Of a stretch of DNA of 64,000 bases, positions 25,881 to 39,224 are shown one piece after another. Location: contig JBEWZL010000006.1 in the NCBI GenBank assembly GCA_045837725.1, positions 124,001 to 188,000 on the forward strand. The letters are read 5' to 3'. The notes below the pieces were generated by a model. It ran no database searches. It worked only from the letters and a program-made list of their open reading frames with translations, and was not told where the DNA came from. Every line of letters starts with the position of its first letter. Within the stretch, counting starts at the first letter, position 1. The translations under genes and the position numbers were made by a program. This DNA is from Vermamoeba vermiformis. Its lineage: Eukaryota.

Positions 25881-28231
25881 ATGACGACCTCTTCCGGACG
25901 TATCAAAAAAGAGTTTCAGCAAGCTGATATGGATGCTAATTTGATTCAGATGCCGCGACCTTTTTCTTCTCTCAACAAAGTAATTGCCGAGATCAAAAGT
26001 TGGAAGACTGAAGGGGACAGCTATAAATCAATTGTAACCGAACTCAGCCGCATCCTGCTGGACACAGACAATGCGTTGGATGCGAATCTCAGCGATGATG
26101 AGGTAGGCGGGATCCACATTAAATTAGATTACCGGATCCAGTGCGGAAGCGAGTTAGAAATTAATTTCGCAGAAAATATTTCCCTCGCAATACTTTAACT
26201 TTTTATTTCGATAATAGGCACGGCAATTGTTTCCAAGCGACTCACCAACTCGTGCTACACGCCTAACGTCGGCAGCATTTCTCAGAATACTTGGTAGCAT
26301 CGCGCCGAACAATGAAGTTGAATGGCTTGCAGAACTTCATAATCCAGTTCAAGAATGCTTTAAAGAATTTATTGATCACGGTCAGTCTGCCATCGCGGCT
26401 TCATTTGGGTATGCAAATGACTTTATTTTTTTGGCGGAACCAACCCAATATTTCGAGGAATTTGAAATCACTAATATGTAATGCAGCAACGCAGTTATCG
26501 CGCAAACGACGGAAACAGATCTACGATTGAAACCTGATCGAGTGTTCGGTTGGAATGTGTTACAGTCGTTAGCGGCAAGAAATTGGGTTGGCACTATTCA
26601 AATTCCTTTTATAGTAATTGAAAGCAAACCTGCATCGAAGCAAGATGAGAAAGGCGATTTGTAAGCGTACCCGAATACTAGTCGAGCTTACTAACGGACA
26701 ATATTTAGGTTCAAAAAGTTCATCCTGGAAGCAAAGGCATACGAGCATCAAGAAGCTTGCCTGAAGAATTACGACATTAGCTCTGATTTTAAGGGTACGT
26801 TGCTTTACATATGGAATCTTACTGATTCAAATGAATTCTAGCGACTATATGCTTACCGTTGGTGTTTGGATTGTACATGGTTGGCACGCAATTTACCTTC
26901 GATATTTATCGGGTTATTGATGGCTACAAAACACCTTTGACTTTTATTCCCATTGACTTTCAGACCCATCGTCAACGAATACTACGGGCCATTATCGCAA
27001 TAAAGGTAACAGTACTCGACGTTTTGTACATAGAGCTGATCAATCGCGTTTAGAGATGGGCAAGGGAACTTCGAGAAAACATGATCCATATTGATCAAAC
27101 ATTTAAAGAGCGTAGACCGACCGGACGATCGGAAAGAGAAGATGCTGATGAATCAGACCGAGACGACATGGATTATAAGGAAGATGAGGACGAAGAGGAC
27201 GAAGAGGGTCGTGGCTCAGATGAACAAAGTGATTCGCAACCACCAGAGTCGGACGACCAGGGCGAACAAGACGATAGCGAGTCAGAGCCTCTAGACCGTG
27301 AAGAAGCACCGTCAGATGTATTCAGCTGCATCAGGTATGATATAATGTTACAGTTGTCCTGCGGCGTATTAATGAAGCGTTTTGAAGTCGTCAAAAACAT
27401 CGGTAGTAGCAAGATTTGACAAACGAAGAGGTTATTACGTGGTAATTAAAACAACGGTGGCTGAGGATGGAATACGAGAGGCAGAACTGTTGAAGGGTAA
27501 ATTGAAGTCGCTACCGTTCGTGCCTCAGTTACTTGGCTTTGCCGTTCACGACGAGGAAGCAACACTGACGATGTCTTGGCATGCTGGACAGCATCCGCAA
27601 GGCTTCACTAATCACCGAGAACTGAAGAGGTTCCTCAAGACCCTGTTGAAGGTAAAAAACGGCTGTAAAATGTGTACGACTAAAAGCTGACAATTTATCA
27701 GTACGTGAACCAGATCCACAAACTGGGAATTGTTCACAATGATTTGAAAGAGACGAATGTGCTTTGGGATTCGAACAGGCTGACGATCATTGACTTTGGA
27801 GGAGCAGACACGCATCCGAGCTACAGTACTGTCGGCACGCGGGGCTACAGGGCGCCAGAAGCGCGACGAACCCCTGCAAGTGATGCCTACAGCTGCGGCG
27901 TAATGTTTTTCAACCTGGTAAGGTTTAGCAGACTGCCTTAAGTTAATGTGCTAATCTTTGTAATAGCTCCTTAATATAAGTATTAGCAGCAGCGAGCAAG
28001 TTACGTATTTAAGACGATGCAATTCAGTTCAAGACATAGTGGAGCGGATCTCACCGTAAGTGCTTAATTATCCTAGTCAGACCGTTTTGCCAACACATAT
28101 ACAGATTTCTACCCGTGAGTGTATTACTATGGCATTCCGGAGCTTGGAATCTTGCCAAAAGAATGACGGATCCAAACCCGAACAAGAGAATTACGATCAA
28201 GAAGGCGTTACAACATGTTTATTTAAATTAG
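25881..28231 (+). CDS. PD-(D/E)xK nuclease-like domain + acidic linker + protein kinase (Crinkler-like architecture)
   Basis: The spliced model gives NEVEW...LKPDRVFG...PFIVIESKP...LPLVFGLYMVGTQFTF, then a D/E-rich linker. The kinase has VVIK, HNDLKETNVL, IIDFG, VGTRGYRAPE, SDAYSCG and DPNPNKRITIKKALQH. Confidence 0.75.
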
Positions 28232-28466
28232 TGATAGGACTGATCTTTCTTTTTATCTTCTTCCATCGAATTCGGACGATTTGTCCAAAGCGCCAAACTT
28301 GGCAAAAAACTTCAATGTATACTGGAGTATTTAGTGTACCGGCAGAAATAAATCTAATCAAAAAGAAAAAAGTTGAATCTTGCAAAAAAGGAACGCAATC
28401 ATCATGTTTAGTTGTTAATACAAGTTTTTATTTACATTTGAATGAATCCGCAATACTTTTTCAAGT

Positions 28467-31400
28467 TCAGTTCTTGTTGTAGCCGCCACGACCACCACCT
28501 CGGTAGTGTCCGCGCGAAGGTCCTCCTCCACGGGACTGACCTCCACCACGTGGTCCACCGCGACCTCGATCGTTGTAACCTCCACGGCCTTGGCCCTGGT
28601 AGTTCTGATTGTAACCGCCTCGGTCGTTGTAACCACCGCGGCCCTGCTGACCTTGATAGTTCTGGCCCTGGCCATACTGATTGTTATTATTGTAGTGCTG
28701 GTTGGTATTGCTATTGTGATAGCCTCCCCGTCCTCCTTGATGATGCGGGTACGATTGTTGATGTTGGACTTGATTGGGGTTGTGAGGCTGTGCACCAAAG
28801 TTGAGTAACGGATTGACAGCCATTTGTTGTTGGGTCTGTTGGGCGACGGCAAGTATCGGACTCAACAAGCCTTGGCCGGCCAAACTGAGCAAAAGATTGT
28901 TAATGTTGGCTTGTTGTTGGGGCAGAAGTGGTTGTTGCATAAACTGTTGTTGCTGCGGCATTTGTCCAGGCATGGCATTATTGAATAACAACGGGGCAGC
29001 GTTGAACTGTTGCTGTTGGGGCATTTGTCCGAGCATTGGCACCTGTGCGGGTCGATTGACAGGCGGAGCACCGACTTTGTTCTGCAAACTGCTCAACAGC
29101 TGTGTCAAGTTATCGGATGTGATAGGGACCTAAAGTGCGTTACTTGATTAGTACCCGTAAAGCTCTATAATAACGCCTATGTACTTACGTTAGGATTAAT
29201 AACAACAGGCTCGGGGACTTGTCCGACATTGTCCTCAGCAGGGGCTTCCTTAGGGTTAGGCGGGATCTGAGCATCGTTCCAATACGACACCATCATCTGT
29301 TCTTGTTCGCGCTGGGCAAGTCGTTTAGCTTCATCCGACTCGGGCGAGGCTATCTTAACGACACTTTTGCTAAAGTCAATAGGAACCGGCGTGTGCCAAA
29401 TGATTGTCGGGACCATGTTCTGCGCACGCTCCTTCCACTCGTCTTCTTCTTGCTTCTTGATCGTGTCATTCGACAACTTTTCGTTGCTGTGCTCAGCACG
29501 GGCAGCAGCTTTGAAGTCTCGTTGGGCGTGGACCGAGGCCTCTTCTTTATCGAACAAACGGATCTGAGTCAACTGCTCGTCAGGGGCCCATCGCACACTC
29601 AGACCTTTCCTCTTCCTTTTCCTCGAAGGCGGGGTCTCTTGATCTTCGCTGTCCATCAGTCTCGGCGTCAAGCTGCCTTCGTCGATGATTGGCGTGGATT
29701 GCAGTGGCGGTGTGGACGGTAAAACAACTTCGGGGAGTGCCTCATCGTCAGGCACTCTTTCTAAGTCCACGCCCATGTCATCCTCTTCAGCGCTGTGGCT
29801 GTTGTAATGGCTCTGAGCGCCACTGCTGTACGACTCATTCATCATTTCAATGTCTGAATCATGCAGCACAGGCGAGCTCGGTCGGGCTTGTGTAACTTCT
29901 TCGCGGTCGTTAGAAAGTTTTCGTCGCTTGGCCGCGGGCTCATCGCCTTCATCGGAACTGGGCTCCGGTGAACTATGCGGCTCACTGTGACCCGCGTCCA
30001 TTGAAGTCATATTGCCCACTGAGGCTTCTTGCATAATTTGTTTTTGAACTTTCTTTCTCTTCAAGTCATCAATGCTGATCGGCTTCGACGCCGCTGGTTT
30101 ATTTCCCAATCGCTTCAATCGATCGTCTTCGTTCTGAAGGTCGTCCTTGAGTTGAATGCCGTGCTTTTGTCTTCGCAAATGATCGAATCCAAGACTTGTC
30201 TTTCGCTTTGGCTGCGTCTCCGTGCCACCAAGTTGTGTCTCAAAATCGTCACTGGCCTCGATTCCGTTAGAATGCACGGGCGTTGGTCGAACTGCTGTAG
30301 CCGGTGGCCTGCCTTCATTGCTGATACGGAGATTTCCGGGCGTAGCTCTCGTCGGTGGTGGTGGCGACGGCGTGCCCTTGCGGGGCTGCTCGGGGGTTGT
30401 AGGTCGCGGGGTCTGATCTGATGTTTGCACGAGTTGTTTCCACTTCTCAACGAGTGCTCTTCCAAGCTCTCTTACGACCTCGTCCGTAGCCTTCTTAACG
30501 ATGCTATTGACTGTCTTGCCAATGCTCACCTTGGTCAGCACATCCACGTTGACAGGTGTCTTCGCAAGCACTTTAAGGATGCGTTTAATAAGCAGCACTT
30601 TGTTGTCTTTGCGGTATTGCTGCAACCATTCGTCCAAAATTGCAAGACCGTTCAGATCAAACGCAAAGTAGCGCAACGAGTTCACACTGGATTCGCTCAA
30701 CACCGTTACAATAAACAACCGTTGTTCGAGGTTCTTCTCTTCTTGCATGAGCTGGTGGCATTTAGCCATATGTTCTATACGAGTTATTCCGCCTGTCTCT
30801 TCAATGTATGGCGCCAAAATTGTTTCTGCATTTCGTACTGGCTTCTAAATTTGGAAAAATAAAGGTTAATCAACCGCTGATTTCAAACCGATCCTCAATC
30901 CTTATTAGACTATATTAATGGCATAGATATTTTGATATTTATGTAAATTTCGACGAACGATTGTCAAGCAGACGATCGGATCTCGAAGAAAAGTCAGAAA
31001 TTTTTTTGCCTCAACCTTTTATTATTATTGCCGATACTTACTTCATCGTCTCTCCTAGGCGATTTATTTCCTCCATTTGATGATACTGAATTTTCTTCTT
31101 CGCTCTCGGAACTATTCTTAGACACATCCCCTGACTTGCGTTGACGCGAGAACCAATTAGCGATCTAAGCGAAATAATGACATGGTTAGACCGAAGATGA
31201 ACAATGATAACGTCGTTTATTTCTCAGAAATTAAAATTTGTGGCGCCAAGCGAGTTTGAATATTTAGAAAATAATGAAAGAAAAATATTAGAGCGAGACG
31301 TCTCGACTCGAGTTTATTAAAATTTAGTTAACAGTATGTATTTTAATTACCTGAAGGTCAGCCAAGCCAGTTTGTTGCGCTAGGGATGAAATCTTGGAAG

Positions 31401-32074
31401 GGCTTGGATTTGGATCGGAGTTGAATGCTTGTTCTAAGACTCGCTTTTGTTCAAGAGTATATCTTCCTTTCTTTATGGCTATTTAAAATATAATTTCGTT
31501 AATAAGATCGCTTCACTTACACTAAGATGTCACCAAAGCACCGATCGAATGCTACTTACGTTTAGTATTGTGTTTGTTCTTTCCAATAACTGATTGGGGT
31601 TGTGCTACCGACAGTCGCATGGCTGGTGTATCCTTTATTACAAAATTCATGTTAGAATGAGGTACAGTGGCAAGAAAAGGATGCTCGTACAAAAAATGCT
31701 AAATCTAAATTTGATAAAAAAAAGATGATCAAAATAATGAATAATTTATAATAATTTTGTGGCATATTTTTTCCTGGTAAAAATGAACTTACGTCGAGAT
31801 TTGTCTCAACAGACTCTTCGGGCAAACCCTCAAATAAATTTTCAACAGGGCCTGTAGTAGGCAAGTCCTGATTATATTGAGGTGCCGCTGCGAACGATGT
31901 CGGATAAAAGCTATTACTAGCGCCCATTAACGGGTGATCGCTTGATGGAAAAGGCACATCCCCTACTGCTAGAGGATCAGCGTTCCCCAAATTCAATATT
32001 TTATCGCCTCGTGCGTTCGATCCTGAAGTTGGATCTGCGTTGTTGTAATAATTGGTAGTAGTCATGACGTTCAT
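28467..32074 (-). CDS. Homeodomain + TFIIS-N domain + RVxW PP1-binding motif + Q/RGG tail (PNUTS/LUMINIDEPENDENS-like)
   Basis: Homeodomain RYTLEQKRVLEQAF...LAQQTGL..LQIANWFSRQR. TFIIS-N-like GLAILDEWL...IGKTVNSI...LVEKWK. KRKRKGLSVRWAPDEQLTQIRLF motif and C-terminal RGG repeats. Confidence 0.8.
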
Positions 32075-32704
32075 CACACTAAAGATTCCGATCTTTTTAA
32101 AGCTCTATACCAATCGTAAAATTATGGTTAAATTATATCTGCCTTTCTACTTGATAATTAAATTATAAGACAGATAAAATTAATTAAGCCATGGAAGCTT
32201 TGATCAAATCAAATCTCCCCTTTGTGCTAAACCGAAATAAAATACAAGCAAAAGCACGGAGGTGCAGAAATATTATTTCTTCGAGCTCTAATTATCACTC
32301 CGTGTTATTATTGCTTTCGGCACGACTTGTTGCAATTACTTCGTGGGACAAACAAAAGAAAGAAAAAGAAACGAAATGTTCAAAAATAGACGACCACCAA
32401 AAATCACGTGGCAGACCTTCCAGATGCTACGATGAACTGCCACGAGGGTTTAGGTCAGCAGTGATGAGCTCCATGGAGTACGTCAAACTGAAATCCAGAT
32501 CGCATCAGAAAACCTTCTCAACCGTCTTGCCTATTGAAGTTCCAACTCGATGAAAATAATTACTGGACGAATTAATTGGTAGTTTTATAAAATGAGTAGC
32601 GAGACGATTGAAGAAATCTCTTAGCACTTGGTTGTGGTTTGTTTTTGCTCGCACTTTTATTTTGTTAGCTCTCTGCCTGCTAAACACCACATATTATTAT
32701 AACA

Positions 32705-34884
32705 ATGAGTAGCGCAGTAGCCACTAACGGCGACGTCGATCATGGCGAAGTCAAACTGACCAGATTGCAAAAGCAAAAGCTAAAGCGAGCTGAAAGAAAG
32801 AAAAAGAAGCAAGCAGCTAAAAAACAAAAGGAAGATAATAATAATCACGATGAAAATAATACAGATAATAAGCAAGATGTAGATGTAGAATATGTAATGT
32901 CAAATCCGCTCGAGATGCTCGAAACTGAAGATCCTTATTACCAAGAGTTCGCACAAATTTTCAATAATTTTGGCAAAAGTAAAAAGACAGAGGTGAAGGT
33001 TGTCGAGGGTCAAGAGGAGGCGCCTGCAGAACCCGCTGCAAATCCGGTGGAAGTAAAGAAAGAGGCAGAAGATGAGAAATCAGAAAACGATAAACCCAAG
33101 CTTTCAAGACGTAAAAAGAGAGAAGCTAGACGAGTGAATATTGCTTTATTGAAGACGATGGTTAAAAAGCCAGAATTGGTTGAGATTCAAGATTGCTCAG
33201 CAGCAGATCCATTTTTACTCGTTCACTTGAAGGGTTACAGAAATGCCGTGCCAGTACCTCGTCATTGGTCGCAAAAGAGAAAATATTTACAGGTAAGCGA
33301 TCGTTATTTAGCCCATTGGCGACGAGAAATAATTTTTATGATTTATTGAAAAATTATAAATATTTTTATTTACCGTTTATCAACACCCTCGCACTTTCTA
33401 CGCATACACTATGCACATACACATTAATTATAATTATTATTGATTTTTTAATGACCCGTTACTCGTAGGGCAAAAGAGGTATTGAAAAGCCTCCATTTGA
33501 ACTGCCGCACTTCATTAAAGCCACTGGTATTATGGACGCACGTGGTTCGATGTTAGAAAAGGACGCAGAGTCGAAATTAAAGGCAAAGTCACGTGAGAGA
33601 TTGCAACCAAAGATGGGCAGACTCGATCTCGATTACAACGTTATGCGCGATGCGTTCTTGAGGTATGTTATCATCATTATATCGTTGTATATATAGACAC
33701 GTGTATACTCATCTTATATCGTTAAGGCATCAAACTAAGCCAATTTTGACCAACTTTGGTGAATTATACTACGAAGGCAAAGAGTTCGAAGTCAGATTGA
33801 AAGAGAAACGACCGGGCGTGTTGAGCGAAGAGCTCAAGGCTGCTCTTGGTATTAGAGATGGTCAGCCACCACCATGGTTGTACAATATGCAACGATTTGG
33901 CCCTCCTCCTTCGTATCCAAAACTTAGGATCCCTGGTGTCAACGCACCACTGCCACCTGGGTAAGTCATCTATGTGTTATCGCACACCACATATGACGCG
34001 GTTTTTAATTGATTTACATGTAGTGCTTCATGGGGTTATCATCCCGGAGGTTGGGGTAAGGCACCTGTTGACGACTACGGCAATCCTTTGTGGGGCAACA
34101 TTCAAGTCGAAGACGATGTAAGTATTGTTATACTCAATACGTTCTATAACGTGCATCATTATGATATCATATGAGTAAGTACTAATATCATTTGAATTAC
34201 AGAAAGAGTTCACTACACCGCCCGATCCATTTTCACTGGTTCAGAACATCCCTCGAGGCCAATTGTGGGGTCTCTTGGGTGTTGAAGAAGAGCCTGAACA
34301 AGAAGAGGAGGGGTCAGTCTCAGAAGACCACCAAGAAGCTGGCAAGCCCGAAGGTGAGACCCCTGAAGGTGCAAGCGGAATGGAAAGCGTGCCGGGCATT
34401 GAGACTCCCGCTCAAATGGAACTCAGAAAGAACAGAGGCCGCGAAGAAGACGACACAGAGATGCTCGAAGAGCCCAAGCAATTGTATCAAGTGTTGCCTC
34501 AGAAACAAGCAAGCGCTGCGGGATCAGGCATGACTGCTCACACGTACGACGTGCGCCACAAGCTTGACTTGATGAAGAGTCAAAGAACCGCCGAAGTGGA
34601 AGTTGCTTTGGACCCTGCGGACTTGGAATTGCCCGAGGAAGAGTTGCAGAAGAAATACAACAAAGTTTTGGTAAGTCGATGCGCGATTCGTTTTTGTCTC
34701 GACCGAACAAAACTGAACCTTTTGAGCAATACTGACCGTTCTTTTAATTTAGGCTGACCAAGAAAAGTCTAAGCAACCCGTTCGTGCTGATGTTAGCGAC
34801 GTAATTGAAGAGAACACGAAGAAGCGTAAAGGAGCACCCAAAGAATCCAAGAAGACCAAAAAACAGAAAGAGTTCAAGTTCTAA
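32705..34884 (+). CDS. SF3B2: Splicing factor 3B subunit 2 (SAP145/Cus1)
   Basis: HLKGYRNAVPVPRHWSQKRKYLQGKRGIEKPPFELP, GELYYEGKEFE, PPPWLYNMQRFGPPPSYP and a C-terminal KEFKF*. Confidence 0.97.
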
Positions 34885-34959
34885 ACGCGGTACGCTATTT
34901 CTCTTCGCTTGTACACAGATAAATCGACTTTGTTTAAAAACACAGGCCGTAGAACTCCA

Positions 34960-35055
34960 AAAATATTTTTCCCGCCCAAAGTGACCGTTACATTATTTTT
35001 GAATTTGTGGTTGGCGCGTACCTGTTTTGCTTGCGCGTTATTATTTCAAATTGCA
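34960..35055 (+). promoter_or_regulatory. Candidate cell-cycle promoter of kinesin-5 (E2F, Myb/MSA and CHR-like sites)
   Basis: TTTCCCGC at 34968, CCGTTA at 34985, TTTGAA at 34998, TTGGCGCG at 35011 and TTCAAA at 35045, all within 130 nt of the ATG. Confidence 0.55.
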
Positions 35056-35095
35056 ACGAGCGTGTGAGAGCAGGACTGCGTGTATATATATAATA

Positions 35096-38000
35096 ATGTC
35101 GACTGCTGCTGTTAAGAAAGTTGCTGCTACCAAAGCAGATGACACCAACAAAGAGAACGTTCAAGTTCTGCTCAGATGCAGGTCAGTAGCCGATTATTTA
35201 TTAAATAATGTTCACCAAAATATTAATATTTAATTTATATTATAGACCTTTGAATCCTCGCGAGGCTGAAGATAAGCAAACCACCGTCGTTCATATTGAC
35301 GAAAAGAGAAAGGAAGTGGCTGTCTCTATGAAGTCCAAGGCCAAGAACTTTTATTTTGATAACGTATTTGGACCTACTTCTACTCAAAGAGATATTTACA
35401 ACGCTGGTGTTGCCCCGATCGGTAATTAAAAATTTAGATCTCCTCGTAAAATTCGTGCTCGTAAATCTAACGTAATCTTTTAGTCGAGGAGGTATTGAAG
35501 GGCTACAACTGCACTATTTTTGCTTATGGACAGACTGGTACTGGTAAAACATACACCATGGAAGGTTTGTCTAGCGGCACGAATCCTGAACAAAGATGGA
35601 AAAACAATCACCATGCCGGTATTATTACACGCGCCGTCAACCACATCTTCGACGAGTTGGAGAAGACCGGATCCGACTACTGCGTCAAGGTCTCGCACTT
35701 GGAATTATACAACGAAGAACTTTGCGATCTTCTCAACCCTGGCAACGCCAACTTGAAGCTCTACGACGCCCCTGGAACTCAAGGTGTTACTGTTGCTGGC
35801 TTAGAAGAAGTTGTCGTGTATGCTCCTCAAGACATCTTCACTGTTCTTGAGCGTAGCTGCGAAGAGCGAAGATCCGCCGAGACCAAGTTGAACAAGAACT
35901 CCAGTCGTTCTCATTGCATTTTCTCTATTACCCTTCATATTAAGGAGACCAACCCTGAGGGTGAGGATCTCTTGAAGGTCGGCAAGTTGAATTTGGTCGA
36001 TCTTGCCGGATCTGAAAACATTGGCCGCAGTGGTGCTGATGCCAAGGCTGAACGTAAGGCTGAGGCTGGTATGATCAACAAGTCCTTGTTGACTCTTGGT
36101 CGTGTCATCACCTCTCTTACCGACAACTCCCCTCACGTTCCTTACAGGCAAGTTCTTCGTCGGAATCCCACCATTGGTAATCCGCACATTTCACTAACTT
36201 TTGTATGCAGAGAAAGTAAGTTGACCCGTCTCTTGCAAGACTCACTTGGAGGCACCACCAAGACCTGCATTATTGCTACTGTTTCACCTGCTTCTGGTTC
36301 CATCGAAGAAAGTTTGAGCACCCTCGAATACGGTACGTACTCGATTTACGGACTTTTTTTGAGCGGAAATTGATTTTTTATCGAACAGCTAATCGCGCTA
36401 AGAATATCAAGAACAAGCCCGAGGCTAACGCTAAGATGACCAAGCGTGAAATGATCAAGGAATATTCCGTTGAACTTCGCGAATTGAGACAACAACTCGA
36501 AGCTATGCGTTACAAGATTGGTGTCTACTTGCCCACCGAGACTTACAACAAGCTTCAAGAAGAGTTGACCGAGTTCAAGGAGAAAGAAATCATCTTGACT
36601 GAGAAGATTGAAATGAAAGAGAAAGAGTTGGCTGAAGTTCAAGAGCTGTTCGAAAGACAAACTCGCGAACTCACCCAAACCACTAAGAAGTACGAGGAGA
36701 CTAAGGTAAGACCCAGAAACCGACAAAGTTTCAGTTTTGTAGCGGATCTAACGCGTTGTTTAGACTACTTTGTTTAAGACCTCCGAAGAGCTTAAAATGA
36801 CTCAAGAAGAGTTGGGTGCTACTAAAGAAGACCTCGTTGAACACAAGCACGTCGTTTCTGAGCACGAACGCGTTGAGACTCAGTTCCACAAGGAAGCTAA
36901 TGTTTTGTTGGGCACGATCTCGACCACCGTCACCGACATTGGCGGCTTGTTCTCTAAGATTGGTAAGTGTGCCTTAAACTGCCAATATGTACTGCTTATA
37001 GTAGCTAATTCGCATGTTTAGACCGAAAGGATCAACTCGAAGTTAAGAACAGCAGCAAGGTCGATGACTTCCGTCAAGTCCTTTTGGAACGCGCTCAAGA
37101 GACTGAACAAAAATTGAAGGAGTTCGTTTCAAAGCAGACCAGCCAATACGAAGACCTCAAGGACAACATTGCTAACTTCGTTGAGCGCAAGAACAACGTA
37201 AGTATTGAAGTCTTGCTTGGAGTTTAAAGTACATTTATTAATCAAAATTTATTCTAGGAAATCCAATCTCTTCAATCTCGCATTGAAGATTTGCAACGAT
37301 TGGTCTCGACGACTCAAGGCAGCTTGGGCAACATCGTTCAAAGCTACCAAGACCAAACTGAGACCAAGATCTCGCAAGTCCGCCAACAACAAAAGCAACA
37401 CGACTTCAACATTAAGCACACTGTTGAAGAGTTCAACAGCACTGCTAAGCAGTTGTTCGAAGAGCTCAATGCTTCGTTGAAGAGCCAGCAAGCTGAGATG
37501 GCTAAATGGACTGAATCTCGCCAGGGAGATATGGCTGCCAGTCAACAATTGGTCAAACAATTCGCTGACCAACAACAAACCTTCTGGAACAACGCCAAGT
37601 CTATGGTCGATTCCCAATACACTAGCCAAGTCTCTCGCCTTGATGCTCACCGTAATGAACTTCAAGTCTTGGAGGCCGAACAAAAGAAGAAGACTGAAGA
37701 GTTGCGCGGTGAAATGATGAAGACCTTCAGCGCCATGTTGGAGCAATTCGTTCAAGGTCAAGAGAAGGCCATCACTCGCACCTTCAGCACCATCGACTCG
37801 TCATTGCAAACTTCTGCTGGCGAATGGAAGAGCTACGCTGGTGAGCTCAACACCGTTGCTGCTTCTGCCTTGAAAGACATTTCTGAGTCCTCTAAGACCA
37901 TCGGCAGTGGTCAGACCAGCTTTGTCGAGCAGATCTCGGAGAACTCTCGTCGCGTTGAGTCTGCCATTGCCTCGACTGGTGGCCGCATTGACGAGCTTCA

Positions 38001-38841
38001 AAAGCAAGTGGTGCGCCACAACCAAGAGATCACCGACTTGACACGTGTCAGCCGTTCTGAGACTGAAGAGAAGGCTAATGCTATGGAAGCTGATGTCAAG
38101 CAATTCTCATTGGCTCACAGCGAACAATTGAGCATGATGGAGATTGAAGGTCAAGATCTCAAGCAAGATCTCGCCTCGAACTTGGACGAGACTAAGAAAT
38201 CATTCGCCGAAGCTGCTGAACGATGGACTGAAGATCTTTCTGCTACTCAAGAAAGCACGCAACAGTTCAAGTCGGAGTACACATCCGTTTCTCAGACCGT
38301 TCAACGCGAAGTCAAGTCCTTCAACTTGATTGCTTACGCTCCTACTGGCACTACTCCTATGAAGCGCGAGTTCTCTTATCCTAAACAATTGGCTCGTTCT
38401 AAGCCTAAGGACGTTATCATCAACGAATACAGAAGACAAAAGCAAGGTCTCGGTTCAGATGAGCCCGCCATTGAAGAAAACTCGCCTGTCGAGCCTTCTT
38501 CCCCGGTTACTGAAGTAGAACAAGTCATAGAAGCTCCTGCTCCTCGCGTAGAAGAAAAAGATTCCATCGTTTTGTCGGCATCCAGTCCCGCTATTTCTTT
38601 GAACCAATCATCGAGCCAGATCCAAGCTGCTCCTTTGGCTGTCTCGCAAGAGAATATTCCTGTCGCCAAGAAGGCCGCTCCTGCTGCTACCACTAAGGCC
38701 ACAGCTGCTGGCAAGAAGACTTCGACTGTTAGCGCGGCTCAATCCAAGAAAGAAAATATGACCGCTGTTGGCAAGAAGGTCGTTACTAAGCCTGTTACGT
38801 CGAAGGGCAAGTTGCAAGAGATCACTAACACTTGCAAATAA
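35096..38841 (+). CDS. KIF11: Kinesin-5 (BimC/Eg5/KIF11)
   Basis: Motor motifs [18 protein letters not shown] and [15 protein letters not shown], a long coiled coil, and the BimC box PTGTTPMKR. One GC-AG intron at 36148-36210. Confidence 0.95.
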
Positions 38842-39224
38842 GAATTTTGAGATCTATAACAGATCAATTGATAAAACAGTTTTGGGGTTTTAATTAACCT
38901 CGAAATTATGTACAATGTAAATAAATAACGAATATTAAAGGTTACGCACTTTCGTTACGGAGCATTTCATTAATTGAAAAGTCGTATTTGGTTGACAGAT
39001 CTCTTCAATCAAATCATCAGCGTTGTGTAAGCATTATTTTACAGATCAGTATTCCGTTGCGGTCTAAAACTTTTGAACTTCAAAATCTTTTTTTGGCGCA
39101 GAGTTGCTAGCCCGCAAGGAAAATGGCGTTCAAAGGGGCTATCACAGGAGGCCCTTTTTGGTGTTTGACTTTTCTTTGACCGACAGGTATAAATAACGGA
39201 CAAAAATTCTTGTTTTTCACAATC

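Noticed and set aside
28480-28760. Repetitive GC-rich stretch resembling an array
   Set aside because: It encodes the RGG/Q/N low-complexity tail of the PNUTS-like protein. There is no repeat-spacer structure, so it is not CRISPR.
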